A stretch of DNA of 64,000 nucleotides from an uncultured Actinomycetota bacterium (GCA_963718235.1 CAVQYR010000002.1:786978-850977), one strand, 5' to 3'. Positions 1 to 10,323 are shown, counted from the stretch's first letter. The notes: generated from the letters alone by a model not told the origin. Numbers and translations are program-made.

Positions 1-355
1 GCAGCAGTTCAAGGGCGAGCCGGCGCCGCCGCCGATGAAGATGGCCGAGCCCAAGCAGGACAAGCGAGCCGTGTTCGAGGCCGCGGTCAAGGACGGCGCC
101 GCTGAGCCCACCGCGGCCGCGACGACGCCCAAGAAGGCCAAGGCCCCGAAGCCGGCCAAGGCCGACCCGGTCGATGCTGCTCCGGAACAGGCGGCCCAGC
201 CGGCAGCCGAGCCGGCGGCCGCGGAGGTTCCCACCGAGGTCGAAGCCCCGGCCGAGGCCGAAGTGGCTGCCGAGGCTGCTCCGGAACCGGAGGTCGAGCA
301 GACCGCTGCCGAGACCGTCCCCGACGAGGCTGCCGCGGACGAGGGCAAGGCCTGA
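1..355 (+). CDS. rpsP: 30S ribosomal protein S16, C-terminal part with Ala/Pro/Glu-rich extension (gene starts upstream of window)
   Basis: Position immediately upstream of KH-protein/rimM/trmD/rplS. APE-rich low-complexity tail is typical of actinobacterial S16 extensions. ORF reads through the window start. Confidence 0.55.
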   Translation, partial: QQFKGEPAPPPMKMAEPKQDKRAVFEAAVKDGAAEPTAAATTPKKAKAPKPAKADPVDAAPEQAAQPAAEPAAAEVPTEVEAPAEAEVAAEAAPEPEVEQTAAETVPDEAAADEGKA

Positions 356-356
356 C

Positions 357-599
357 ATGGTCTCCGACGCGTTGGAGCACCTGGTGCGCGGCATCGTCGA
401 CAACCCCGACGACGTGAGTGTGCGGACCCGGCGCCAGCGGCACGGTGGCTCGATGGTCGAGGTGCGGGTGCACCCCGACGACCTCGGCCGGGTCATCGGC
501 CGCGGCGGCCGCACCGCCGGATCACTGCGCACGGTCGTGGACGCCCTGGCTGGGCACCGGACCCGGGTCGACTTCGTCGACACCGTCGGCTCGCGCTAG
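357..599 (+). CDS. KH-domain RNA-binding protein (UPF0109/YlqC-like)
   Basis: 80-aa protein with GRVIGRGGRT KH motif. Conserved position between rpsP and rimM. Confidence 0.7.
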   Translation: MVSDALEHLVRGIVDNPDDVSVRTRRQRHGGSMVEVRVHPDDLGRVIGRGGRTAGSLRTVVDALAGHRTRVDFVDTVGSR

Positions 600-614
600 G
601 CCCCAGCGGCGACC

Positions 615-1175
615 GTGGCTGCCCAGTCACCGACGTCTCCGGAGCCTCGCCCGGCCGCGGCCGAGGAGGCGACGGTGGTGGTCGGCCGGGTCGGCCGGCC
701 ACATGGGGTGCGTGGTGACGTCGCCGTCGAGGTGCGTACGGACGAGCCCGAGCGCCGCTTCGCCTCCGGGTCGGTGCTGACCGCCGACAACGGGCCGTTG
801 ACCGTTGCGAGCAGTCGGGCGCACTCCGGACGTCTGCTCGTGCACTTCGAGGGTGTCGACGACCGAACCGCGGCCGAGCGGCTTCGCGGGCTGCTGCTGC
901 ACACGCCGATCGACCCGGACGAGCGCCCCGCGGACGACGACGAGTTCTACGACCACCAGTTGGTCGGCGCCTCGGTCGTCACCGTCTCCGGTGACGCGGT
1001 CGGGCGCGTCGTCGAGGTCGTCCACCTGGGTGGCCAGGACCTCCTCGTGGTCCGCCCCGACAGCGGGGGTGACGTCCTGGTCCCCTTTGTGACGTCGATC
1101 GTCCCTGTCGTCGAGCCCGGGCGCCTGGTCATCGACCCCCCGGACGGGCTGCTGCAGCTGGACGCCGGTGCCTGA
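615..1175 (+). CDS. rimM: 16S rRNA processing protein RimM
   Basis: [15 protein letters not shown]-terminal motif. Followed by trmD with an overlap. True start may be a few codons downstream. Confidence 0.8.
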   Translation: MAAQSPTSPEPRPAAAEEATVVVGRVGRPHGVRGDVAVEVRTDEPERRFASGSVLTADNGPLTVASSRAHSGRLLVHFEGVDDRTAAERLRGLLLHTPIDPDERPADDDEFYDHQLVGASVVTVSGDAVGRVVEVVHLGGQDLLVVRPDSGGDVLVPFVTSIVPVVEPGRLVIDPPDGLLQLDAGA

Positions 1176-1977
1176 CGTGCGCTTCGACGTGATCACCGTG
1201 TTCCCGGAGTACTTCGTGCCGCTCGAGGTGTCCCTGCTGGGCCGGGCGAGGTCCGCCGGGCTCATCGACGTCCGGGTGCACGACCTACGTGACTTCACCA
1301 CCGACCGCCACCGGACCGTCGACGACACCCCGTACGGCGGCGGGGCCGGCATGGTGATGAAGCCCGAGCCATGGGGGGCCGCCCTCGTCCGGGTGCACCA
1401 CGAGGTGGGTGGCGCAGGGGGCCCTCGACCGAGGTTGGTCGTTCCCACCCCGGCGGGTCGACCGTTTCGGCAGTCCGACGCGGTCGAGCTCGCCAGCGTG
1501 CCGTCGATCGCCTTCGCCTGCGGGCGCTACGAGGGCATCGACCAACGAGTCGTCGAGCAGGCCCGCGAGGCGTGGCAGGTCGACGAGCTCTCACTGGGCG
1601 ACTACGTCCTCAACGGGGGCGAGGTGGCCGCGCTGGCCATGATCGAGGCGGTCTCTCGGCTCCTGCCGGGAGTCTTGGGCAACGTCGACTCCCTCGCGGA
1701 GGAGTCGCACAACGACGGGCTGCTCGAGTACCCCGTGTTCACCAAGCCGGCGGTGTGGCGCACGAGGACCGTCCCGGCGGTCCTGCAGTCTGGGCACCAT
1801 CAGCAGATCGCCCGTTGGCGTCGTGACGAGGCACTGCGGCGGACGGCGTCGGTGCGACCGGACCTCCTGCGTTGCTACCCTCCAGCGCACTGCGACCCCC
1901 ACGACCTGGAGCTCCTGGAGACCCTGGGCTGGTACGCCAGTGGCGAGGGGTTCAGCGACCGGCCACCCGCAGACTGA
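1168..1977 (+). CDS. trmD: tRNA (guanine37-N1)-methyltransferase
   Basis: [16 protein letters not shown]... SPOUT fold signature. GTG start overlaps the rimM stop. Confidence 0.85.
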   Translation: MPDVRFDVITVFPEYFVPLEVSLLGRARSAGLIDVRVHDLRDFTTDRHRTVDDTPYGGGAGMVMKPEPWGAALVRVHHEVGGAGGPRPRLVVPTPAGRPFRQSDAVELASVPSIAFACGRYEGIDQRVVEQAREAWQVDELSLGDYVLNGGEVAALAMIEAVSRLLPGVLGNVDSLAEESHNDGLLEYPVFTKPAVWRTRTVPAVLQSGHHQQIARWRRDEALRRTASVRPDLLRCYPPAHCDPHDLELLETLGWYASGEGFSDRPPAD

Positions 1978-2142
1978 GCCAGATCCTTCGCCCGGGTACG
2001 CCGAGACCGGCGATTTCGCGGGGAATCGGCCGCTGTGGCACACTCGGGGGTCGCGGCTACCGCCCTGCCACAGGGGGGTCTCTTGCAGCCGCACTCATCC
2101 CCGCGAACCGTGGGTGACCTGTGGCGCCTTCGAGGAGCAGAC

Positions 2143-2502
2143 ATGCACACGCTCGACTCCGTGGACGCAGCCTCACTGCGCAGCGACCTCCCGCAGTTCC
2201 GCCCCGGTGACGAGCTGAAGGTGCACGTCCGGGTCATCGAAGGCAACAAGAGCCGGATCCAGGTCTTCCAGGGCGTCGTGATGCGTCGCTCCGGCGGTGG
2301 GGTTCGCGAGACCTTCACCGTGCGCAAGATCAGCTACGGCGTCGGCGTCGAGCGGACCTTCCCCGTCCACTCCCCGGTGCTCGAGAAGATCGAGGTCGTC
2401 CGCCGGGGTGACGTCCGCCGGGCGAAGCTCTACTACCTGCGCGACCGCCGGGGCAAGGCAGCCAAGATCAAGGAGCGACGCGACAACGTCGTCGGCGACT
2501 GA
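2143..2502 (+). CDS. rplS: 50S ribosomal protein L19
   Basis: GAGGAG RBS 8 nt upstream of ATG. L19 motifs [16 protein letters not shown] and [14 protein letters not shown]. Confidence 0.85.
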   Translation: MHTLDSVDAASLRSDLPQFRPGDELKVHVRVIEGNKSRIQVFQGVVMRRSGGGVRETFTVRKISYGVGVERTFPVHSPVLEKIEVVRRGDVRRAKLYYLRDRRGKAAKIKERRDNVVGD

Positions 2503-2550
2503 GCGTGGCGTCTCGCCGACCACCGGGCGCCGCATAGGCTTCCGGTCACC

Positions 2551-3309
2551 ATGGACTCCACCGATACGACGCCACCGTCGTCGCCGGCCGGGGCCGCCGT
2601 CGGAGACATCCGCCCGTCAGGACACCGCCGCAAACGGTCCCACTCGGGCTCGTTCTGGCGAGAGCTCCCCGTACTCGTTCTGATCGCGCTGGCCTTGGCA
2701 CTGCTGCTCAAGACCTTCCTGGTGCAGGCTTTCTACATCCCCTCCGGGTCCATGGAGAACACTCTCCAGGTCGGCGACCGGGTCCTGGTCAACCGGATGG
2801 TCTACCGGCTGGGCGACATCGAGCGCGGTGACGTCATCGTCTTCAACGGCGTCGACTCCTGGACTCCGGAGGTGCAGATCGCCGAGCCCTCCAACCCGGT
2901 GGCCAAGGTCGTGTCGACGATCGCCGGAGCGTTCGGCTTCGCCACGCCCAACGAGAAGGACTTCATCAAGCGGGTCATCGGGATCCCCGGCGACCGGGTG
3001 AAGTGCTGCGACAAGCAGGGGCGGATCCAGGTCAACGGCGTGCCCCTGGACGAGACGTACCTGTTCCCCGGTGACAAGCCTTCGGAGCAGCAGTTCGACG
3101 TCGTCGTGCCCGAGGGCCGGGTCTGGGTGATGGGCGACCACCGAGGAGCGTCGTCGGACTCTCGCTACCACCTGGGTGACCCCGGGGGTGGGACGATCCC
3201 GATCGACCACGTGGTCGGCAAGGCCTTTCTGGTCGTCTGGCCGTTCAGCCACTTCGCCCCCCTGCCGGCTCCGGACACCTTCAGCCAGCCCGGTCTGACC
3301 GACCAGTGA
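2551..3309 (+). CDS. lepB: signal peptidase I
   Basis: N-terminal TM helix plus catalytic box IPSGSMENTL and later GDHR/SxDSR boxes. Confidence 0.8.
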   Translation: MDSTDTTPPSSPAGAAVGDIRPSGHRRKRSHSGSFWRELPVLVLIALALALLLKTFLVQAFYIPSGSMENTLQVGDRVLVNRMVYRLGDIERGDVIVFNGVDSWTPEVQIAEPSNPVAKVVSTIAGAFGFATPNEKDFIKRVIGIPGDRVKCCDKQGRIQVNGVPLDETYLFPGDKPSEQQFDVVVPEGRVWVMGDHRGASSDSRYHLGDPGGGTIPIDHVVGKAFLVVWPFSHFAPLPAPDTFSQPGLTDQ

Positions 3310-3349
3310 CCGAGCAGTGACCGACCCGTGGTGGACGGGTGGCTGACCA

Positions 3350-4048
3350 GTGACTGACCCCGAGGAGTCGGTCGTGCGGCCCCGTCGGCAGCGACACGTC
3401 GTGGTCGAGACGGCGGTCATCATCGTGATCAGCCTGGTCATCGCCGCCTTGGTGCGGGCCTTCGTCGCCCAGGCGTTCTACATCCCCTCCGGTTCGATGG
3501 AGAACACCCTCCTCGAGGGTGACCGGATCCTGGTGAGCAAGGTGTCGCTGTGGTTCGACGACATCGACCGTGGCGACGTCGTGGTCTTCGAGGACCCGGG
3601 CGGCTGGCTGGGAGCGCCGCGCGCGGCGTCCGCCAACCCGGTACGCCGATTCCTGGAGTTCGTCGGCGTGGCACCGTCGAGCACCGAGGGCGACCTGGTG
3701 AAGCGGGTCATCGGCGTTGCAGGTGACGAGGTCTCGTGCTGTGACGCGCAGGGCCGGGTGACCGTCAACGGCCAGCCGCTCGACGAGCCCTACCTGTTTC
3801 CTGGCGACGACCCAGCCGACTGCCCGGAGGGCCAGTGCCGGTTCGACGTCACGGTCCCCGAGGGCTCGCTGTGGGTGATGGGTGACCATCGCACGGTGTC
3901 CGGCGACTCCCGGGTCCAGCCCAGACGCACCCAGTTCGTGCCGGAGGACCTCGTCGTCGGGCGGGCGGTCGCCGTGTTCTGGCCGCTGAGCCGGCTCGCC
4001 TGGCTGGGCACGCCGGACACCTTCACCGATCGACTCGACCCGGGCTGA
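3350..4048 (+). CDS. signal peptidase I, second tandem paralog
   Basis: Same architecture and catalytic boxes (IPSGSMENTL, GDHRTVSGDSR) as the upstream lepB. Confidence 0.8.
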   Translation: MTDPEESVVRPRRQRHVVVETAVIIVISLVIAALVRAFVAQAFYIPSGSMENTLLEGDRILVSKVSLWFDDIDRGDVVVFEDPGGWLGAPRAASANPVRRFLEFVGVAPSSTEGDLVKRVIGVAGDEVSCCDAQGRVTVNGQPLDEPYLFPGDDPADCPEGQCRFDVTVPEGSLWVMGDHRTVSGDSRVQPRRTQFVPEDLVVGRAVAVFWPLSRLAWLGTPDTFTDRLDPG

Positions 4049-4050
4049 CC

Positions 4051-4563
4051 GTGCGGCCGCCGGTCGACCTCGCCACGCTGCCGAGACGGGCCTCGGTGCG
4101 GGTCGTGCTCAGCGCGCCCGGGCACGACCTGGTCCTGCTCCCCACGTGCGACCCCGTCCGCCCGTCGCGGTCTCCCTGGTGGGAGCTGCCCGGGGGCGGG
4201 ATCGAGCCGGCCGAGACGGCCGAGGCGGCGGCCGTCCGCGAGCTGGACGAGGAGCTCGGCGTCGCGATCGGCGTCGAGCAGGTCGTCGTGGGTCACTGGA
4301 CCAGGACCGTGGTCTACCCCAGGGCCGACGGGTGGTGGTGGCAGGACGAGACGGTGGTGCGGGTGGCGCTCGACCAGGTGCCTGCCTGGTCGTTGACCGG
4401 CCGCACACCGGAGGAGCAGGCAGCGCATGGGCCGCCTCGGTGGTGGTCGGTCGACCAGGTCAGGCACAGCGTCGAACGGTTCTTCCCCGACTCCCTGCCT
4501 ACCCTGCTGCCACGGTTTCTTCGCGGCGAACGAATCGCCGAGCCGCCGGTCGTGTTCTGGTGA
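4051..4563 (+). CDS. NUDIX hydrolase
   Basis: Nudix box GGGIEPAETAEAAAVRELDEELGV. Confidence 0.7.
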   Translation: MRPPVDLATLPRRASVRVVLSAPGHDLVLLPTCDPVRPSRSPWWELPGGGIEPAETAEAAAVRELDEELGVAIGVEQVVVGHWTRTVVYPRADGWWWQDETVVRVALDQVPAWSLTGRTPEEQAAHGPPRWWSVDQVRHSVERFFPDSLPTLLPRFLRGERIAEPPVVFW

Positions 4564-4594
4564 GCGGCAAAACCGCCTCGCCTACGCTGACCGT

Positions 4595-5087
4595 CATGGA
4601 ACCGGTGCGACGGCGCTCGGCGCGGGTGCTCGTCCTCGACGCCGACGACCGTCTGCTGCTGCTGCGTGGGGGAGATCCGGCGCGTCCGCAGTACGTCATC
4701 TGGCACGCCCCGGGCGGTGGGGTCGACGACGGCGAGGACGACGCCACGGCGGCGCGGCGTGAGCTGCGCGAGGAGACCGGACTGTCGGTCGACGCCGTCG
4801 GGGACCCGGTGTGGCTGCGCAGCCTGGTCTTCTCTTTCGACGGCGTGCTGTACGACCAGGATGAGGTGTTCTACTGCGTGCGGGTCGACGGACATGAGGT
4901 CGACGACAGTGGGCACACCGAGCTGGAGCGGCGCTACCTCAGCGGTCATCACTGGTTCTGTCTCGACGAGCTGCGCACCTGTCCGGATCTCCTTGCCCCA
5001 CCGGACCTCGTCGAGCGACTGACCGAGCTGCTGAGCGACGGACCGCCGTCGCTGCCGGTGCAGGTGCAGGGAGCGGTGCTGCCATGA
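4595..5087 (+). CDS. NUDIX hydrolase, second paralog
   Basis: Nudix box [24 protein letters not shown]. The Arg/Gly-rich upstream extension of ORF 4146 was rejected; start set at MEPVRRR. Confidence 0.65.
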
Positions 5088-5836
5088 CCGCGGGCCGGGC
5101 ACCCAGCGTGCGGGTCGAGCGAGCACTTATGCGTGACGGGCATGTCCTGGTGGCCGGCATGGACGAGGTGGGCCGGGGTGCACTTGCCGGTCCGGTGAGC
5201 GTCGGCGTCGCGGTGGTCGCCGATCCCGTCGGTCGAACGCCGTCGGGGCTGCGCGACAGCAAGCTGTTGACACCGGAGGCCCGGAACCGACTGGTCCCTC
5301 GGATCCGGCGCTGGTCGGTCGCGTCCGCGGTCGGCCATGCAGGAGCCGGCGAGATCGACGCGTTCGGGATCATCGCAGCGCTGCGCCTGGCTGGTCTTCG
5401 GGCCCTGGCGGCGCTGCCCCAGCGCCCCGACGTCGTGCTGCTCGACGGCAACCACGACTGGCTGTCGTCGTCCCCGCAGGGGTCGTTGTTCGACACCGAT
5501 GCCGCCGACGACGCGGAGGTCCCGTCCGTCGTGACCCAGGTCAAGGCCGATCTCCGCTGCTCGGTCGTGGCCGCGGCGAGCGTCCTGGCGAAGACCGAGC
5601 GCGACCACCACATGGTGGCTCTGTCCGCCAGTCATCCTCGCTATGCGTGGGCCGAGAACAAGGGCTACGCCGCGCCGGCCCACGTCCAGGCGTTGGCCCA
5701 GCACGGACCGACCGAGCTGCACCGACGATCGTGGCGACTGCCGGGCTGCGGCCCGGACGGCGGTGACGGCTGGAACCCGAGGTGGGAAGAGAGCCCTCAC
5801 GACGAACCGCCATCGACCACGATCGTTGTGCCATAG
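5084..5836 (+). CDS. rnhB: ribonuclease HII
   Basis: [14 protein letters not shown] active-site motif. ATGA overlap with the upstream NUDIX gene. Confidence 0.8.
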   Translation: MTAGRAPSVRVERALMRDGHVLVAGMDEVGRGALAGPVSVGVAVVADPVGRTPSGLRDSKLLTPEARNRLVPRIRRWSVASAVGHAGAGEIDAFGIIAALRLAGLRALAALPQRPDVVLLDGNHDWLSSSPQGSLFDTDAADDAEVPSVVTQVKADLRCSVVAAASVLAKTERDHHMVALSASHPRYAWAENKGYAAPAHVQALAQHGPTELHRRSWRLPGCGPDGGDGWNPRWEESPHDEPPSTTIVVP

Positions 5837-5844
5837 TGCGGCCC

Positions 5845-6219
5845 ATGACTGCAATCGCCCGGCTGGCCTGGACGGCCATCGACTGCCCCCGCCCGCGTCA
5901 GCTCGCCGGCTTCTACTCGGCCATCACCGGCTGGCCGATCGACGACAGCGCCGCCGACGACGAGTGGGTGACGTTGGTCAGCGACACGGGTGCAACCTTG
6001 GGCTTCCAGCGGGTCGACGACTACCAGCCGCCGCAGTGGCCCGGCCAGGAGCACCCGCAGCAGGCCCATCTGGACTTCGAGGTCGACGACCTCGACGCCG
6101 GTGAGGCCGCCGTACTGGCCATGGGTGCGCGTAAGCACGCGGTGCAGCCCGGTACCGACTTCCGGGTCTACCTCGACCCCGACGACCACCCGTTCTGCCT
6201 CATCCTGCCTGGCGGTTAG
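5845..6219 (+). CDS. VOC/glyoxalase-family protein
   Basis: Small protein with glyoxalase-like beta-alpha-beta-beta-beta pattern. Start chosen after the rnhB stop. Confidence 0.5.
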   Translation: MTAIARLAWTAIDCPRPRQLAGFYSAITGWPIDDSAADDEWVTLVSDTGATLGFQRVDDYQPPQWPGQEHPQQAHLDFEVDDLDAGEAAVLAMGARKHAVQPGTDFRVYLDPDDHPFCLILPGG

Positions 6220-6236
6220 GCGCCGAAGGAGCCAGA

Positions 6237-8162
6237 TCAGCCCGAGGACGTGACGGCGATCCGGTCCAGGCTGGGCTCGGTGTTCGCCTGGTCGATCGAG
6301 AACGCGGTGACGTTCGTCCCGGCGAGCCGCACGGTCTGCCGACTGACCACGGGGACGATTGCGACCAGCTTCGAGGTGAGCCACTGGTCCAGGTGGGCCC
6401 AGCACGTTGGTGCCTGTGCAGGGAGAGCTGCGATGCATCGGTCGTAGTCGGACTGCACGCTGGGCACGTGCGTCACCGACATCCCCGCCCGCCGCAGTGC
6501 GCCGGGAGTCGCGCCCATGGCAGTGACCGCTAGGGCGCCGCCACGACCACTCGTGTCGGTGAGGAAGGGCTGGAACAGCGAGCCAGTGCCCGGGTAGTCG
6601 GCAATCCAGCCGAAGAAGCAGGCCACCATGTGGCTGGTGGGGCGGGAGCAGTCCTTGCGCTCGAACCGAAAGTCCGTGACGACGAACCGCGAACGAAGGC
6701 CGATGACCTCCATGGCGTCGGTGAGCTCATCCATCGGAGCGCCTCCGATGATCACCGGCCGGCAGGCCGCTGCCACGCAGTGGCCGTCTCGCCAGTAGCG
6801 GGACTTGCGCATCTCCGCCAAGGCCAGCTGTTGACGTGAGGCGGATGAGTCCACGAGGTCGGGTTGCCACCCGGCGAGCAGGTTGTCGCTGAGGGCATTG
6901 GGGACGAGATGGGAGGTCACCGGCCCGAACTGCACCCCCGTCTCGGCCAGCGACTCCTGGAGTCCCTGCCGGTCCAACGCAAGCGCGTAGGCGCGTCGCA
7001 CGTGCACGTCGTCGAAGGGTGGCTGAGCGAGGTTGAAGGTCACCCAGCTTGTTCCGTTGCTCTCGCTTCGGTAGACCCGTGCGCGCTCCTCCGGCGTGCG
7101 GTACCGGGCGAGCTCCTCGAGCGACGGGTCCTCACCGATCACGGTGTCCACGGAACCGTCGCGCAGGCCCTCGTACGGGTTCTGCCGGGGCTCGATCGTG
7201 ATCTCGATCCGGTCCGGATAGGCCGGCCGGTTCGGGTCGGTGGCGGAGTCCCACGACGGGTTCCTGACCAGGACGAGCCGCCCGGGGCTGGGCGGGTCGA
7301 ACCACCACGCCGGAGTGAAACCGGCGGCCGGCTGCTGCTGGTCGGGCGCAAGCGTGAAGTCGACCTGGTCAATCCCCTCGATCATGTACGGACCGGTCGA
7401 CACCTGGAAGGGGCCGTAGCCGTCGTTGAGCGGCCGCTCCGGGTGCTCCTGGTCGAGCTGGAGCGTGTGGCCGGTCGCGACGCCGAGAGGGGCCGTGGGG
7501 TCGCTCGGGGACGGGGGGATCGGCGCACTGAACGCCATGGCCATGAGGTCGACGATCGAGCGGTCGGGACGTGTCTCGCGCAGCTGCAGGGTGTGGTCGT
7601 CGACCGCCACAGCACCGGCGATGGAGTCCGAGCGGCCGGCCACGAACGCCTCGTAGCCCTCGAGCAGTGGTTTCAGGTAGCCGAGTCCGGGGCCGTTTGC
7701 GGCCGCTGACCGCTCCAGCGCGCGCACGAAGTCGGCGGCGGTGACCTCGACGTCCTCGAGGGGTGGGGAGTAGTGGATCCCGGATCGCAGGTGGAAGGTC
7801 CAGGTGCGACCGTCTACCGACACCGTCGGCGGCCCCTCGGCAAGGTCGGGGACCGCCCGGAACCCTTCGAAGCCCGGCAGGCCGCGGAAGGTCATGAGGG
7901 TGCGCTGCAGGCAGCAGCGCAGCACCTCGAACTGGTCGAACATGTACGCGGCCTCCGGGTCGAAGCCGGCGTACGCGGGTTGGGGCATCGCCACGTGCAG
8001 CGTGCCACCAGGCGACGGCTCGGTCACCGCAGCCGCAGCGCGAGGCGAGGCGGTGCCGAGCGGTGGAGCAGCGACGGCCGCGACAGCGACCAGCCCAGTG
8101 ACCAGCACCGCCAGCGCCAGCAAGGCAGTGGGCACGGGTCGCCACATCCCTCGGGCGGCCAT
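6237..8162 (-). CDS. extracellular solute-binding protein, family 5 (DppA/OppA-like), signal peptide/TM at N-terminus
   Basis: Hydrophobic N-terminus. SBP_bac_5-type motif NLAQPPFDDVHVRRAYALALDR. Start set at MAARGM, which overlaps the stop of the upstream cyclase gene; the alternative start is 8189. Confidence 0.6.
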   Translation of the reverse strand: MAARGMWRPVPTALLALAVLVTGLVAVAAVAAPPLGTASPRAAAAVTEPSPGGTLHVAMPQPAYAGFDPEAAYMFDQFEVLRCCLQRTLMTFRGLPGFEGFRAVPDLAEGPPTVSVDGRTWTFHLRSGIHYSPPLEDVEVTAADFVRALERSAAANGPGLGYLKPLLEGYEAFVAGRSDSIAGAVAVDDHTLQLRETRPDRSIVDLMAMAFSAPIPPSPSDPTAPLGVATGHTLQLDQEHPERPLNDGYGPFQVSTGPYMIEGIDQVDFTLAPDQQQPAAGFTPAWWFDPPSPGRLVLVRNPSWDSATDPNRPAYPDRIEITIEPRQNPYEGLRDGSVDTVIGEDPSLEELARYRTPEERARVYRSESNGTSWVTFNLAQPPFDDVHVRRAYALALDRQGLQESLAETGVQFGPVTSHLVPNALSDNLLAGWQPDLVDSSASRQQLALAEMRKSRYWRDGHCVAAACRPVIIGGAPMDELTDAMEVIGLRSRFVVTDFRFERKDCSRPTSHMVACFFGWIADYPGTGSLFQPFLTDTSGRGGALAVTAMGATPGALRRAGMSVTHVPSVQSDYDRCIAALPAQAPTCWAHLDQWLTSKLVAIVPVVSRQTVRLAGTNVTAFSIDQANTEPSLDRIAVTSSG

Positions 8163-9883
8163 CAGCCCACCTCTGCGACGACGACCCACGGTCGCCCTGC
8201 GTCGTCGACCGCCACCGCCACGGGTGCTCCGTCGACGGGAAACGTCCCCGTGACCGACCCGTCCGTCGGGTCAAGGGAGACCACATGCTCCGAACCTCCG
8301 CAGGTGACCCAGACCTGCGTCGACGTCACCGCGAGATCGGTAGGGGCATCACAGCGAGCGCCGAGCTCGAGACGCAGTCGGGAGTCTCCGCCGGCCGAGA
8401 GCGAGAGCAGAGTGTCGTTGGGCTGGCTGGCCACCCAGACCGTCCCGTCCGGGGCGGTGGCGATGGCGGACGGCACGGCCCCGCCGGTTGAGAAGGCGGA
8501 GACCTCCGGTCGGCCACCGGATGTCTCGACCTTGAACACCGAGGGGCTCCGGCCCGCCGCCACCCAGGCGGTGTCTCCTCCTGCGACGACCGCAACGTCG
8601 ACCGGTCCGGACGCGGCGGGCACGGGGACCGAGGCGACCGAGCTGGTCGTGGTGTCGAAGCGTGTGACCACGGCGTCGCGAGTGGCCACGAACCACACGG
8701 CTCCGTCGGCGGCGTCCGTGGCTGACGTTCCGTCCGGCACGATGAACCCGGCGGGAGCAACCCCAGCGCCGCCGGACTGCAGTACGCCGACCCTTCGGTT
8801 GGGGTCGGAGCTGAAGCCAAAGGTGACCCAGACCTGGTCGGCCGTGTGGGAGAGGCCCGTCGGCGGGGCCGGTGTGCCGTAGACACGGACCGAGGCATCG
8901 TCGGTGACCACGACCTCCGAGACCGTCTGTGAGCGAACGTCTGCAACCCAGACCTTGCCGTCACCGGTGGTCACCGCCTGGGGTGATCCGCCGGGCTGAA
9001 GGGCGACGGCCAGGTCGAACCCCGAGCCGTCAGCGGCAACGCGCGCCACAGAGTGGGCCGAGGGAACGACGGTGGTGCTGCGGGTGGCTCGCCACCCGAA
9101 CCAGCCACCGATCACCAGCACCAGCACGGCGGCTACCACGACCGGCCACCAACGACGCCGCGCGCTCGATGCGGCGGTCGCCCCGACCGAGGCGCGAAGA
9201 GCAGCACCCTCTTCGGGCGGGAGCGGCTCAGGGCGGTCCACGTTGTCCACGGAGGTGACCTCGTACACCTGCCAGGGCTGCTCGACGCCCTTCAGTGTCT
9301 GGACTCCGTGGTCCGTCAGCCCGAACCCGGCGCCACGGGTCAGCTCAGCCACGGTGCTCGTGACGAGGACGTCGCCAGCGGTGGCCAGTCCCATCACCCG
9401 CGCGCCGACCACCACCGTGATGCCCGAGAGCTTGCCATCGGCCGGCTCACACTCACCGAAGTGGACGCCGGCGCGGATGCCGACCCCGAGCGCTCGCATG
9501 TCGTCGGACAGCAGGCAGGCGCAGCGAACGGCCGAGCCGGGGTCTGCGAACGAGGCGAAGAACCCATCACCTGCGGTGTCCAGCTCCTTGCCGCCGAGCT
9601 CCTTGAGGCGACGGCGCACGATCCGGTGGTGCTCGGCCACGAGACTGCGCCAACCCTTGTCGGCGAGCTCTTCGGCGAGCCGGGTGGAGTCGACGATGTC
9701 GGTGAACAACACCGCCGCAAGGACCCTGCCCGCACGCGCCACCCCGGCATTGTGTCCCAGCGGCAGGCGTCTGGTGCCCGTTTGACCACCGGATGTCCCC
9801 ACCTCTGACCCCGGGCGCCCACGGTCGTACGCTGCCCGCGGGACCACTTCCTGGCCCTCGAGCAGAGAGGACAGCAAGGTCAT
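8162..9883 (-). CDS. receptor-type class III adenylate/guanylate cyclase: N-terminal cyclase domain, one TM helix, C-terminal beta-propeller repeats
   Basis: VLFTDIVDSTRL...DTAGDGFFASF...VGIRAGVHFGE cyclase homology domain. Hydrophobic segment WWPVVVAAVLVLVIGGWFGW. Repeated VWV/strand-rich units afterwards. An alternative GTG start near 9742 would leave a promoter gap to the divergent gene. Confidence 0.6.
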   Translation of the reverse strand: MTLLSSLLEGQEVVPRAAYDRGRPGSEVGTSGGQTGTRRLPLGHNAGVARAGRVLAAVLFTDIVDSTRLAEELADKGWRSLVAEHHRIVRRRLKELGGKELDTAGDGFFASFADPGSAVRCACLLSDDMRALGVGIRAGVHFGECEPADGKLSGITVVVGARVMGLATAGDVLVTSTVAELTRGAGFGLTDHGVQTLKGVEQPWQVYEVTSVDNVDRPEPLPPEEGAALRASVGATAASSARRRWWPVVVAAVLVLVIGGWFGWRATRSTTVVPSAHSVARVAADGSGFDLAVALQPGGSPQAVTTGDGKVWVADVRSQTVSEVVVTDDASVRVYGTPAPPTGLSHTADQVWVTFGFSSDPNRRVGVLQSGGAGVAPAGFIVPDGTSATDAADGAVWFVATRDAVVTRFDTTTSSVASVPVPAASGPVDVAVVAGGDTAWVAAGRSPSVFKVETSGGRPEVSAFSTGGAVPSAIATAPDGTVWVASQPNDTLLSLSAGGDSRLRLELGARCDAPTDLAVTSTQVWVTCGGSEHVVSLDPTDGSVTGTFPVDGAPVAVAVDDAGRPWVVVAEVG

Positions 9884-10208
9884 GAGTGCTGAGGACCTCG
9901 AACGCTACGAGGCCGACCTGGAGCTGCAGCTGTACCGCGAGTACCGCGACGTGGTCGGCCTGTTCGCCTACGTGGTGGAGACCGAGCGGCGCTTCTACCT
10001 CACGAACCACGTCGACCTGCAGGTGCGGGGCACCGACACCGGTGAGGTGTTCTTCGAGGCCACCATGAGCGACGCCTGGGTGTGGGACATGTACCGGCCG
10101 GCTCGCTTCGTCAAGAACGTCAAGGTCCTGACCTTCAAGGACGTCAACGTCGAGGAGCTGGCCGCCACCGACCTCGAGCCCCCCAAACCGCTCGGTTTCG
10201 ACCGCTGA
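9882..10208 (+). CDS. DUF2469-family protein conserved in Actinobacteria
   Basis: Small acidic protein at the conserved position between rnhB and yraN. Confidence 0.65.
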   Translation: MSAEDLERYEADLELQLYREYRDVVGLFAYVVETERRFYLTNHVDLQVRGTDTGEVFFEATMSDAWVWDMYRPARFVKNVKVLTFKDVNVEELAATDLEPPKPLGFDR

Positions 10209-10323
10209 CCGGTCGGCGAGGCTCGTCCCCAGGAATGGGGCACGGACGTCGTCCACACCCTCCGACGGGAGCCGCCCGCCCACGACCGATGACCGCCACT
10301 GTTGCGCGCGGAGGTGGTGACCG

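Noticed and set aside
627-1448. 273-aa minus-strand ORF antisense to rimM/trmD.
   Set aside because: Arg/Pro/Gly-rich composition typical of shadow ORFs in high-GC DNA. The opposite-strand genes have strong homology.
4146-4594. N-terminal 150-aa extension of the second NUDIX ORF.
   Set aside because: Arg/Gly-rich, overlaps NUDIX-1 in another frame. True start taken at MEPVRRR (4595).
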